Source: Macrostomum lignano (taxonomy: Eukaryota). Taken from it: 64,000 nucleotides of DNA. Where the stretch lies: positions 836 through 64,835 of the forward strand of contig NIVC01004009.1 of NCBI GenBank assembly GCA_002269645.1. Direction: 5' to 3'. Below, one piece after another: positions 1 to 11,095 of the stretch. The notes beneath the pieces were generated by a model. That model made no database searches and was not told the DNA's origin. It worked only from the letters and a program-made list of their open reading frames with translations. Made by a program: the position numbers and the translations under genes. The stretch's first letter is position 1. Every line of letters starts with the position of its first letter.

Positions 1-604
1 TTGTTGTGCCGCTGCTGCAGCAGTCCAGCCTGTTGACGATGGTGACGTGCGAGATGCGGGCGGCGGTGGCCAGCTCGGCCTCCCACCAGCCGGGCACGCC
101 AACCTGGGTCAGGATGCACCCGAGGCCACCCCACCAGTTCTGGTTCTTATTTCCGTCGAAGGCTCTCTCGCAAACTCCGCCTTGAGCTACGGTGCTCTGA
201 TTGCAGGTGACAAAGTTCAGTTTGGCTGCAATTTTCGTCAGACAAGAGAAGTCACTGGGGGTAATCACAGGTACAAACAGGTACTACAATCAGATATGAA
301 ACTCCTACTTACTGAACTTCATTGTGTAAACATGGCAGGGCTCTGTGCTGTTCCAGGCAGCCTCATTATAGAATGCCGACACGTTGAAAAAGCGGCACAA
401 ACCCCGCAGCCAGCTGAAGCCGAAGCAGAACGGCCTCAAACTGCAGCCTTCAGAGCACTTGAGCCTGCTGCTGCCCAGTGCCGTCTCCGTGGCCACGGGA
501 GCCAAGTCGCTGTGCAATCTGGCGGAACTGAACACAGTCTGCAGTGCTTGACTAGAGGGCAAAGCCGTACAAACCAGCAGCAGGAGCGCTTCGTTGCACC
601 GCAT
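1..604 (-). CDS. Secreted protein: signal peptide + PAN/apple-like domain + F-type lectin (fucolectin/FTP) domain; exons 604-313 and 225-<1, runs off the window
   Basis: ORF 305-604 starts MRCNEALLLLVCTALPSSQA and has C..C....C.GF.....C spacing. A GTAAGT donor at 312 and TTGCAG acceptor at 226 (87-nt phase-1 intron) join it in frame to CNQSTVAQGGVCERAFDGNKNQNWWGGLGCILTQVGVPGWWEAELATAARISHVTIVNRLDCC, the FTP-domain pattern (QS..G..RA.DGN, C..T, WW..L, I..V.I.NR.DCC). The second exon is not in the supplied ORF track. Confidence 0.8.
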
Positions 605-908
605 AATTTATTTTCTGCAAAGCCTTGCTGTTTCTCAGAATTGATGGGATGCCAGAGCTTTGTCTGTGCTGGCCTGATGCTTGAATGCAGCTCTGAACTT
701 TTTATTGAATTTGCCCTGCAGATGCTTCTTTGATGTTCTGAATGATTTTATTGGGCAGCTCAACCAGCCAATCCGGGTGCGTGTTTATTTAGTTAGTTGG
801 CTAGTTAATCTTAGAGGCAGTGCAGTCTAGAAACCACTTTGTAAATTCCGGTAAAATCTGCCATTTTTATCCTAAGGGACTTTTCCCTTAGGAAATTGAT
901 TTTAAATC

Positions 909-1230
909 AGAGGCAGGGGGCTGCGTGCACCCTGACGCAATTTAAGCGACATTGTCACAACCGGCGAGAGGCATTACCGCTCATTCCGCCGACTTCCCTG
1001 AGCAGGCACACAAGCGCAAGGATACGTACGCAGTCATACGGACAGCCACGCACTCACACAGGAGTTCACAGCGGCCCTGACTTTATTTATCGTTAGGCAT
1101 GTACACTTCAGTGTGTTTTGGGGTTGGTCCATATTCCAATTTAGCCCCAAATTAATGTGACTGCACTTGGAATCGAGCCTGGGCCGCTGGCGCATGCGAG
1201 CAGAAGAGCGCTGCGCTAGACCACTCGGTT
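909..1230 (-). mobile_element. tRNA-derived SINE, diverged copy of the family at 27141-27499
   Basis: The reverse complement aligns along its length with 27150-27495: B-box-like GGCTCGATTCC, body CATGCCTAACGATAA...GGGCCGCTGT...CTCCTGTGTGAGTG, and 3' end GCCTCTCGCCGGTTGTG...CCCCCTGCCTCT. Confidence 0.75.
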
Positions 1231-2387
1231 TACGAAGATTCATGCTACGTTAGATTTACGAAAAAGAATAGGTTTAATGTGTTTTGTAATCATAAGGCAC
1301 AAAAAATCGAGTCGATTAAGAAAGCCAGGAAACTGATGTAAAGCTTTCGAATGTGACTTATACAGAAAAATGTTTAAACGTCGATTTAAAATTTCTATTA
1401 AAAATAGCTCGTAATTAGCTTCCGATAGAAGTTTCAATCAAGACTTTTGAGTATAACGATCAGGTCGGTGAAAAAATTGACCCAGTCAGCCTGGTTGTCA
1501 CTTTTTAAAGCCTATTTAGCACCTTCATTCACTAGATGTTTGGAGTTGGAGGCATCGAGTAGTTTATTGATAGTGCTCAATAAAGTTTGTGGTCATTTGT
1601 ACACTCCAATGCCCTTCATCTGTAGATGACTTTCATCTGTACATTCGCAAAGTTGATTCGATACCTGCTTAGTCTGAGTCCTTGACTTTCCTGTACTCGC
1701 TGCAAAATTTGCTCTCAATATTTCCTCTGTTCAGTCTAACAAGTGATTTTAACGGCTGCCACTGGCTGCGAAGCAGCTCCAGCATGTGAGGCGTCTATAA
1801 TGACGTTTAAAACACTCGAAAGGAGTCAGCATCAGCTTCATTCATTAAACAATAGGCTTGCAGTAACTCCTAGGTCCCACTGCCATTAAATTTCTGAAGT
1901 TGCCTCCTGATCACTTGACTCACCATCCGCTTTGTCAACGTGGCCAAAAAATTAACTTCATGGAACTCCATTCAATCCGTGAAATTTCGCAGTATTCAAA
2001 TCATCGGAGCAGTGTCCGCTGAGAAAGCTCTTAAAAAGCTTGATCAGAAAAGACCGACAAACACTTTAAAATTTTTGAAGCTGGGTGGAGAAGCTGAAAG
2101 TGCCTTCTCACCCAATCATAGGAAGCGAACATTCATATTTCACTCGAGAGCTTCTTCTTCGTTTTGGCAAAATGCTGCTCCAAAGTGAATTGGAGGTCAA
2201 TAAGTTCTACCAAGATGCAACCAGGATGCAACAGCGTCATTTAAGATGCATTTGTTGTTGGAATTTTCCTATTGTGTCCTTTAGTGTTTTTGTAATATCG
2301 ATATTTACCCTGTAACAACCCGACCTTCTAGAAATTAATTTATTAAAAGTTCCCTACTAATTCTAACTCCCAATGCCCCCCTACTAA

Positions 2388-2935
2388 CAGTAGGAATACC
2401 AAGCTATTTTTTCCGCCCGTCGAACATTGTTGCAACAGGATGTCCATAATCGTCTGGTGTCATCTGTTGAAGTTTTCGACGGCGTCCAGGTGATAACTGA
2501 ATGCTTGAGAGACTATCTGAGGATGTCCAGTAGTTGAGGTTTGCCCACTGTCAAGGCTTGATCAGCGAAACTCGAGAAATTTGTAACAGCGTGTCCATAG
2601 TCACCTGGTGCCACCTGTTGAAGATCTAGAAGCTCCGCCTGGGTGAAAGCCAATGATCAACGAAGTCAGAGCTGATGCAGACACATGTGATCGATGTGCA
2701 AACGAATTTTGGAGGCTTGGCAAGGCTGCACTGAGGCGCAGTGCTGATTTGCGCACGCAGGGGTGTACTGAATACACTGGCACTTATGAAAAAATCCGAC
2801 CTTTTGGCAGAATCGTCGAATATCTGTATCGAGTATTTATTCTTGTTTGAGAAAGTGCGGAACAAGAAGTTACTCCGTGTTCTTGAATTTTGTGTGCCTA
2901 CGTTGCTCCGTTCCGGCGCAGCAAAAACAATTGTT
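2388..2935. mobile_element. Left end of a putative TIR DNA element with 151-bp internal repeats; homologous to 18262-18888
   Basis: CAGTAGGAATACCAAGCTATTTTTTCCGCCCGTCGAAC at 2388 is the near-perfect reverse complement of 18852-18888. 2530-2935 is a direct, diverged copy of 18370-18805. Internal repeat spacing is 151 bp in both copies. Confidence 0.55.
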
Positions 2936-2979
2936 AGGGGGATTGTAGTTCTACTGCTAATGCTATTCGTATGCACGTT

Positions 2980-3450
2980 CTAGTATAACAGGAGCATACT
3001 ATAGGCGGTGCGTGTGCCTTCAAGATGCTGTTCGAACGAGCCCGTCAGCGTCCAGGTTTCGACGTTTAAAACAGGATGGCCTCGACCACCGCCTGACCAA
3101 ACGTCGCTCTCTGTCTCGAACTGCAGGATTGGCGTCGCTTTAAGAAAGCGAGCCCAGGCAAGCCCGCGGCGACGCCGCAGATTTCCACCGACGGCCCTGA
3201 AACAGGCAGCCAAGGTAGAAGAACTGCTGAACTCCGCGCCTCGGCAGATGACATCAGTTTTGATGTCGTCTGCAACGCAGAGCACAGAGGTCTTCTGCGC
3301 AGAGCTTTTCGACGCAGCCAACCATGCTAAGCCGACTCTCCGACAACCGAAAGCCGTCATCATTGGTGGGAAGAGCAGCACCCCGTCGAGGTCGAGCACC
3401 AGAGTTTCCCACCTGTAGCATCGTCTAAGCCGTCTGATATTGGCACAGCA
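2980..3450 (-). CDS. Possible HAD/FCP1-like phosphatase fragment
   Basis: Open frame reads WETLVLDLDGVLL (HAD motif-I-like) and later RRRRGLAWARFLKAT...DVWSGG (loosely like RPGL..FL / VWT). No clear start; fragmentary. Confidence 0.3.
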   Translation of the reverse strand, partial: CCANIRRLRRCYRWETLVLDLDGVLLFPPMMTAFGCRRVGLAWLAASKSSAQKTSVLCVADDIKTDVICRGAEFSSSSTLAACFRAVGGNLRRRRGLAWARFLKATPILQFETESDVWSGGGRGHPVLNVETWTLTGSFEQHLEGTRTAYSMLLLY

Positions 3451-4779
3451 GCTTTTGCATCGCGGTACTCACCCAGCAGGTCTGGCACATTGTATTCACG
3501 GGAAGAAATTACGCTCGTATTTTTTGCTCACTGAGCTTGGTGGAGCGTTAACCCACAGGCACTTGAATCAGTCCTTATAGAATATACACGTAAGAACAAT
3601 AAACAAGCTAGCTTTCAGTGCCACTTGCAAGCGAATTTATGGTTGCGAAACAATTATCAGTCAGATAAAGAAAAGCGAAAGAAAAAATCTGAGAAGACAA
3701 GACATCTTAGGGTCACAAAATGAGACAGGAATAAAGGGTCAATTTCATAAGACCAAAGTTTATAACTCCGAAAGACACCTGCCTTCACAAGACCGAAATT
3801 TCACAGCGTCGAAAACTACTGCATGATCCTTCACAAGACCGACACTTCATAAAATTCATAACAACGAAGCCCGCCTCCTAATACACCAACCCCAAGCCAG
3901 CTCATCCCACAGTTTAAACGCCTTACCGCCAACACAAGTGGTAACAAAATACGGAGTCAAAAGATTTTTTGACAGAGCTACGGAGAATTCAATTCGACTT
4001 TAAACTGAGGACCAACCAAAACCATACGACGTCTCGTACACCTTTACCTTTTAACAGATCTATGATAGGAATATAAGATCTATGGGACCAACTGAGTAAA
4101 ACTCGGTTTGACCAGAATACTTAACTTATGAAAATGTCTAGTGTTCACTCTTCAGAAAAGATTAGGCACAGAAAGGACAGTGACAGTGCGAAGAGCATGC
4201 GTTGCCATAAAATGAATAGAAAGGTAAATATCGCTGGCCTAAAAAGTCGTCGTATAATGTAAAATCTGTACACATGTGTCTGCTCTCTCGGCCGTTATTC
4301 ATGCACGCTCATGTCTTCTTTCTTCCCCTTATCTTCTATTGGAACTTAGAACTCATTTATTAGAAGAACGCCACTTTGCTAATTACGACTAATCGGCCAT
4401 TGCTCGTTGGCAAGCGCAAGTCCACATCTCAGATCGAAATAAAACGACTGCAAGTGTTCGCAAGCCAGCCAATTTGAATCCTTCAAGCTTACGTTAAAAC
4501 CTTATAGGTAAATGAAAATAAAATTTTAAATAATTTCATTAAATCCTGTTTAAATAACTCCTCGAAGTATCTTGAAGCCTTTTATTTACTGTGTTGCATG
4601 CAATTTACTTCTATTCGTCTCCATCACAGAGTATCTTTACGGTATGTGGGATGCGATATATTTCTGTCAAATTAGCTATTTTAATTGTAAATTTTGTTGC
4701 CTGATTTTGGGTCCACTAGTATTTGAATTGGAGGGGTTTCACAAACTCGAAGTTTCACAACGTCGAAAGCACCTTCCTT

Positions 4780-4938
4780 CATAAGGTCGAAATTTCACAA
4801 CATCGAAAACTCTAGCAAAGGGACTTCATAAGGTCAAATTTCACAACATCGAAAACTCTAGCAAAGGGACTCCATAAGGTCAAATTTCACAACATCGAAA
4901 ACTCTAGCAAAGGGACTCCATAAGGTCAAATTTCACAA
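4780..4938. repeat. 46-bp tandem repeat (~3.5 copies), with degenerate relatives at 3744-3870 and an inverted partial copy near 4990-5010
   Basis: Unit CATAAGGTCAAATTTCACAACATCGAAAACTCTAGCAAAGGGACTC recurs at 4827, 4873 and 4919. Confidence 0.85.
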
Positions 4939-5656
4939 GGACAGTACGAAAATGTATTTGACAAGAACGATGAAGTAGTTTTCCTCCTTATGAAATTTCG
5001 ACCTTGTAAAACGACGCCTTTAAAGCTTCAAAACTTGGATATGGATAAATTCTCGGCCTGGGGCTAAGGAAGGAATTGGCTGGCTCTTGGGAGTGACTCG
5101 GCGTGGGTTGCAGGGTTGCCCCGCCCGCAGTGGGGAGAGTTACATACATATTTAAAGTATTCCCTGGCCAAGAAGTTCAGTGATAAGTCAAGTGAGTTTA
5201 CATTGATGCACTATGGGCCTATAGTATAGTGAATCCCCAATGAAACCCTTTCCCAATAAATACGGCCAGTGCTGTGGTCACGGGGGTTGTACAACAGAGA
5301 CGTACACCAGCTTGCTTTCGGTTCCTCCGTTCCTCAATTCGTACTAACTAGCCCATTTAACTCTTAGGGTCTAGGTTTCCCCTGTACATTTTGGAGAGTT
5401 GGGCAGGCCCAGAGATGGAGGCGGGCCTCGGCAGGGAAGGCGGAACTGAGGGATGGGAAGCAAAGGAGCCTTTTTCAAGCGGCCATATTTGTTATCGGTT
5501 TCTTCCCCCCCCCGTGAGTGTCCATTTGAAACTTGCTAAATTAAGAACTCCTTGACTGGGCCTTATGAGTAGAGCTAACCCCAAACCCAAAGCACACAAG
5601 CTCGCTCTACTCTTCATCCTTCCAAGAGTTAAGGTGTTCCTCAACACAGCTTCAGC

Positions 5657-8600
5657 ATGCAAGCTTCATCGTCCGCCACCAGCGTGCCCACCAGTGACTC
5701 CAGCAGTAACAGTCGCATGTCCAGCACCCGAATCTTCATCCGGGGCTTGTCTCCCGGCACAACCGATCTGAAAATTCGGCAGCTCATTGCGCACGAAGCC
5801 GGAGTTCCTGATCACTCCATAGTGTTTGCTCAAACCATCTTGGATTCGCAATCTGGCCAGTGTAAAGGTGCGATTTCAATTTCTTATGTAGTCTGTTTTA
5901 TCATGCAAAGTATGCCAAGTGCATTAGTTTGCGATTGTAATAATATATATATAATTTAATACGCAACCGGCAAACCCGACACCCTCAATTACCCCAGGTA
6001 ATGCTGACACCCATTTTACAGCTGGGTGAACTGAATCAATGCAGAGTTTTAAGTGTCTTGCTCAAGGACACAAATTGTTCCGAATGAGTCGAGAATCGAA
6101 CCCCGACCTTTCAGTCGTGAGTCCGACGCGCTGACCACTGGGCTGCAACCCCTGAATTAGTGATGAAAATTTAAAATATTTAATTGTGAGTACCTACGTA
6201 ATTACTATAATAGATCATGATAAATGATACTCGTACGATAGTGAACTACTAGTACTCAATTTCAAACCAAAAAAATAAGGCTTCAAAACAAAGAAACTGT
6301 GGTCGAAGAGCAAGAAAAGTGAACAAGAACTTTCACTCACATTTAGGGACCGGCTTCGCTGAATTTCGAAACGCAGAGCGGGCGAAGATGGCAGTAAGAA
6401 ATATTCAGCAGCTGCAAGCCACGAAACATGCCAGCCAGGGACAATTGAAGGTCGAATTCGCTCGGGTGAGTCTTCGATATTTTTTATTAGACATCAAACT
6501 TTCTGATAGCGCAGCATTTCAAATGCAATGCCGAGCACCCACCGTGTACAAAATACAGGAGGCAGAAAAGGACGGCAAAGAGATGTTCGTATGGAATTTG
6601 CCTGTCAACTGCACGATGGAGGGGATTAGACAGTTTCTACTATACGAATGCAATTGTCGCGAGGATGCGATCTTGTCATTCAGGACTTTTCGTGCTAACC
6701 CATATTATTCAACAGGCCTTGTGAAATTTAAAACGGAGTTCACGGCTTCACGTGTTATCCAACTCATCAATCACAATGGGCTAAGGCTCTCCCACAAATA
6801 TGGATGCTCTGGGCGACTTGCTGCTAAATTTTCTGAAAAAAAGACCCGTGATGTCGGTGGTCGACCAGTCTGCCTTGAAGATATTGTGAAGCCGAGCGCG
6901 CATCTTCTTGTAAGTTTCCTCATGGCTGTACTACCCAATTGTAATCAAGGTTGGAGGTGGGTAGCTGCCTAAGTAAAGCGAGTCTAAAAGGACACCGTTT
7001 AGCCTTTTGATTGCATCAAACCTATTCTGCAGGCTAAGTCAAGCAAGCCTCGGTTTTACCCTACACCAGACTAGTGATATGCTCTAGATGGCTCGTATTA
7101 AGATATAAATGCTCTAATATCGCCTCATACTAATAGTACGAACTGACCAAGCTTACAAAATACGAGTACATGTAAATGCAACTTGCAGCTGCTGTCAGCT
7201 GAGATGCTCCTGTGGTTCTTTGAATCCTTATCGCTTATCTCATTCGATACTTGCAAAGTCTGGAGGTTAATACAGTAGGAGAATGATGCAGAGTGGCACT
7301 GAGGGGAATAATGCTGAGTAGTACCTCGTTAATGCATTGATATGACAATTGAGAAGACTATAGCATATTACTATTGCTATGCATATTGTTAAAGTCACGC
7401 TAAAATGGCCGGAGCGATTCGTCTTTCTCCTACTATTAGACAGCATACTCTACTTAAAGAGAATTTTTAAAAAGGATAATTAATCAAAACCTTAACTGAC
7501 TGTCCAATAATTGACTCGGATCATTCATTCTGAAATTCATTTCAGGAAATCACAAAGGAACCACTCGAACTGAAAGACGCCGAAAACCCATTCAAATGGT
7601 GCGCATACGATGGCTCCGACAAAAATATAGAGGATGTGATCGACACAATTTCGGACCGACTGAAACTTGAGCCAATGCTCTCATCGGCTTATCATGGCCT
7701 CCTGGCTGCTTATCACGGAACCAGATTCAATCGGCGTAAGCATATCGACTTCACAAAGTCAAGGGACTCCTTGAAGAGCGCAATAGACTATTGCAAAGAC
7801 ACAGATGAAGGTCATGTCAGATGCGAATTCGTCTTGCAAGCCATTGAGTTAAACCTGGATGCTAAGCAGAGACGGAACCAGCTCAACTTCATTAAACGCT
7901 TCGAGGCCCTCAACAAGATTTGGAACACTCAAGATGAGGCCAAGCGCATCGAGATCAGAGCCAACGTTTTTCACGTTAAAGCTCTGGACTTTTTTCACCA
8001 AGGCATAAAAAAGTACGATGAAGCAGAGGAAGCTGTGAAAGCAAGTCTGAGCTTGCGACCGGATAACTTCATGTGCATCTACCTGCTGGCGTATATTCGT
8101 GCGCGGGTGCGTCGCCATCACAACAACAGGACGCCTGCTGATGCGGAGGAGTTGTTCCTGTGGAATCGTGCATATGATCTGGCAAATGAACACCGGTGGC
8201 AGGATAAGAATGAAGGAACAAAAATGTACTTCTATCAGTTTTTAATAAACTATGCGGAGGCTATTTTGAACAACCGGAGCTTAGAAGACAAGTGCCTGGA
8301 ACTCGCGAATGCCACGTACCAAGCATTGAAAAACATAAGTACTCAGGTATTGGATGAACATTACCGAATTGTCTTCAGGTGTGAAAAAATCTTTCGGATT
8401 CGCAAGCATCCAGAAACGCAGGAACTCCAGGAAATATTGCAACGCCTAGAGAAGGATACTAGAAATTCTGATCTGCTTTTCAGATTAGCGATGTTGGCTG
8501 AAGAGAAAAAAGATGATGAAAGGTGCGAAGAGCTGCTGATAAGGGCCCAAGAGTTGTCCTATGAGCCTGGACACATTTGGGTTGATATTTATTATCAAAA

Positions 8601-10059
8601 CTTCAAGGAAGCTAGACCCGAAAAATTTTCGAAGAATACTATTTTGAATACGTATGACACTCTCGCTAAAAGATATAAACGTTATGGTTATCCCAGGTAC
8701 GAAGCCGTTTGTCTGTACTCGAAGGGAGCCTTTATGATGACATTTTCTGAAACAGAGAGCGTTGCTGATGGTTTTGAAGAAATGGTCAAAGCGGTGCAGG
8801 TCTATCCTGAGGTTCGAGTTCATATCCATAAATCGAAAAAAGATGAGACGCTAAAAAATCTGAGCCAGAAGACTGACAGATGCGAATTCGAGGCTTGGTT
8901 TCAGCAGCATATGCTGGACCTTGACTTGCAGTCAGATGAACCACAGAGAATTGTTCAGCTCTATACCGAAGCATTGAATAGTGAAAACTCGGATCACCAG
9001 CTGGTGTACGAGCATCTTGGTCTGTTATACTTTCGCCTTCGAGACTTTCAAGCTGCAGAAGAAAATTTCCGAAAACTTCAGTCTGAAAATCCTCGCAGAA
9101 ACTCTCTGCTGTCGTCCGCTTTGCTCAAAAGAGCCGAATCGAGAGATGAAGCTGAAAAGAGAGACTTGATTGTCGAGGCTCTCCGACTTGGAAACCCGGA
9201 GGCGTGCCAGCCCGCTCGACTCTTGCTGGACAACCGACTGGATCATCAGCGGCGGTTCCCTCTAGAAGCCATCAAGCAGAAGTACTGTCCTGAGGACACT
9301 GACAGACCAGTGCAGATCGTGCCGTGGCTGTTCAGCAAGGACTCGTACGAGCTGCTCGCTCTGATCAGCATCGCGTCACAGGAGGACAATGAAAACTACA
9401 CAGAAACGTCGCCTCTGGTCCAGACGGATCTGCAGAAATCGAGACTGGCTCTGGAGCGAGTAGAGCAGCTCGGGAAACAGACTGAGAACGATTATTATAA
9501 TGCCATCATGGAAACCCTGAAACTCGCAAAAAGTGCAATGGATGGATTAACTGCAAAACTGGATGGCAACGAAATGGAAAAGAGGCTTGATTACTTCCCA
9601 TACGGTTTCAGGTATATGACTGTAAAAAAGGATGAGACAAAAAAGTTGATTTGCGGATTACAGAAACAAAGCCACGAAAATCGAAGAACGGAGATTAACA
9701 AGAAACTTTCAAATTTGCTCAAGCTGAAGGCATCCGCAAATGATGAAGCGAATCAGAGAGTAAATGCGCTCGTTGATTTGCTGAGCGCTCGAGAATCAAA
9801 AGCGTTTCAGTTCCAGCAGCCATTTGCTTGGCTTGTGATCTGGCAGGAGTTGAGAAATAAAGCGGAGCACTCGAGCGGACAGAAGCCCATGAAGACTTTG
9901 ATTCCCGAGTTATTGGAGGCCTGGAACTGCGACCCAGATTGTGCTGGAAGCGTCGCGCACATGGCTGCGGAGTTCGTTGAGGAGACCCGGCTGATATTCG
10001 AGGCCGAGACTGAGGAGCTTCAAAAAGCAATTACTAAAGGAGGCCAAAGCACCAATTGA
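5657..10059 (+). CDS. Copy A: RRM-RRM / IFIT-like TPR / HEPN-like protein, ~1064 aa; exons 5657-5867, 6347-6465, 6559-6909, 7546-10059
   Basis: All four exons join in frame through GT-AG introns (phases 1, 0, 0). Exon 1/2 splicing builds RNP2 IFIRGL and RNP1 KGTGFAEF. Exon 3 holds a second RRM (MFVWNLP...STGLVKF). Exon 4 is a long helical TPR-like ORF ending in a domain with WQELRNKAEH. Intron 2 is 93 nt and stop-free, so it could be retained; the start codon is uncertain. Confidence 0.8.
5955..6152 (-). mobile_element. tRNA-derived SINE with CORE-like central domain, in intron 1 of copy A
   Basis: Minus strand: CAGTGGTCAGCGCG (A box), GGTTCGATTCTC (B box), GTGTCCTTGAGCAAGACACTT...CACCCAGCTGTAAAATGGG (CORE/MIR-like), followed by a TA-rich tail. 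Confidence 0.8.
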
Positions 10060-10345
10060 AGTGTCCAACACTGCACAGACGACACCTGTGCCTCCTGCCA
10101 GGTTATTTAAAAACTTAACTAGTTTTTTAAGTTAACTAGTTGGTAATGGCGTTTCCGGACCTTCTTTTCATTTATTCGCTTTATGCTATAAAAATTTCGA
10201 ATGCGTGCATGTAATTATCTTTCCGGTTCACATACTTTAATCATGGAGCTTGCATGTCAAGTGAAAACGAGAACAATCATTTTAAACATTAAAACGAAAT
10301 TAGAATAGGACTGCCAATCTATACACTAAAATGAACCTTCTCAGC

Positions 10346-10842
10346 TAATCATGAGTGCAGGAATAGAATGGATTGCTAATCTAGCCTATCATGGGTGCAG
10401 AAATAGAATGGATTGCTAATCTAGCCTATCATGGGTGCAGGAATAGAATGGATTGCTAATCTACCCTATCATGGGTGCAGGAATAGAATGGATTGCTAAT
10501 CTACCCTATCATGGGTGCAGGAATAGAATGGATTGCTAATCTAGCCTATCATGGGTGCAGGAATAGAATGGATTGCTAATCTAGCCTATCATGGGTGCAG
10601 AAATAGAATGGATTGCTAATCTAGCCTATCATGGGTGCAGGAATAGAATGGATTGCTAATCTAGCCTATCATGGATGCAGGAATAGAATGGATTGCTAAT
10701 CTACCCTATCATGGGTGCAGGAATAGAATGGATTGCTAATCTAGCCTATCATGGGTGCAGAAATAGAATGGATTGCTAATCTACCCTATCATGGGTGCAG
10801 GAATAGAATGGATTGCTAATCTAGCCTATCATGGGTGCAGGA
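10346..10842. repeat. 40-bp tandem repeat, ~12 copies
   Basis: Unit ATCATGGGTGCAGGAATAGAATGGATTGCTAATCTAGCCT. Confidence 0.95.
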
Positions 10843-11095
10843 TATAATTTTTTCTAATGCAGGAAATAAATTAAGGAAATATTATTTGTTATAATTGTAT
10901 CTGAGAAATTTGGGTATATACAGGAACGAGTTTTCTGTCAAATAAACCAGCTGTCAACCGTCTGTGAGCACTCGTTTGCAAGCAGGCTAATTGCAGTTCA
11001 ATCTATACATCCTTAGAGTTTCCAAGTTCAGAGCGACTTATTCAATTTCAAGCTGAGAAACAAACAGTTCGAAGAAATTTTCTAAGAGAGAGAAT

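Noticed and set aside
47-733. 228-aa plus-strand ORF
   Set aside because: It is the antisense shadow of the minus-strand PAN/F-lectin gene and has no motifs of its own.
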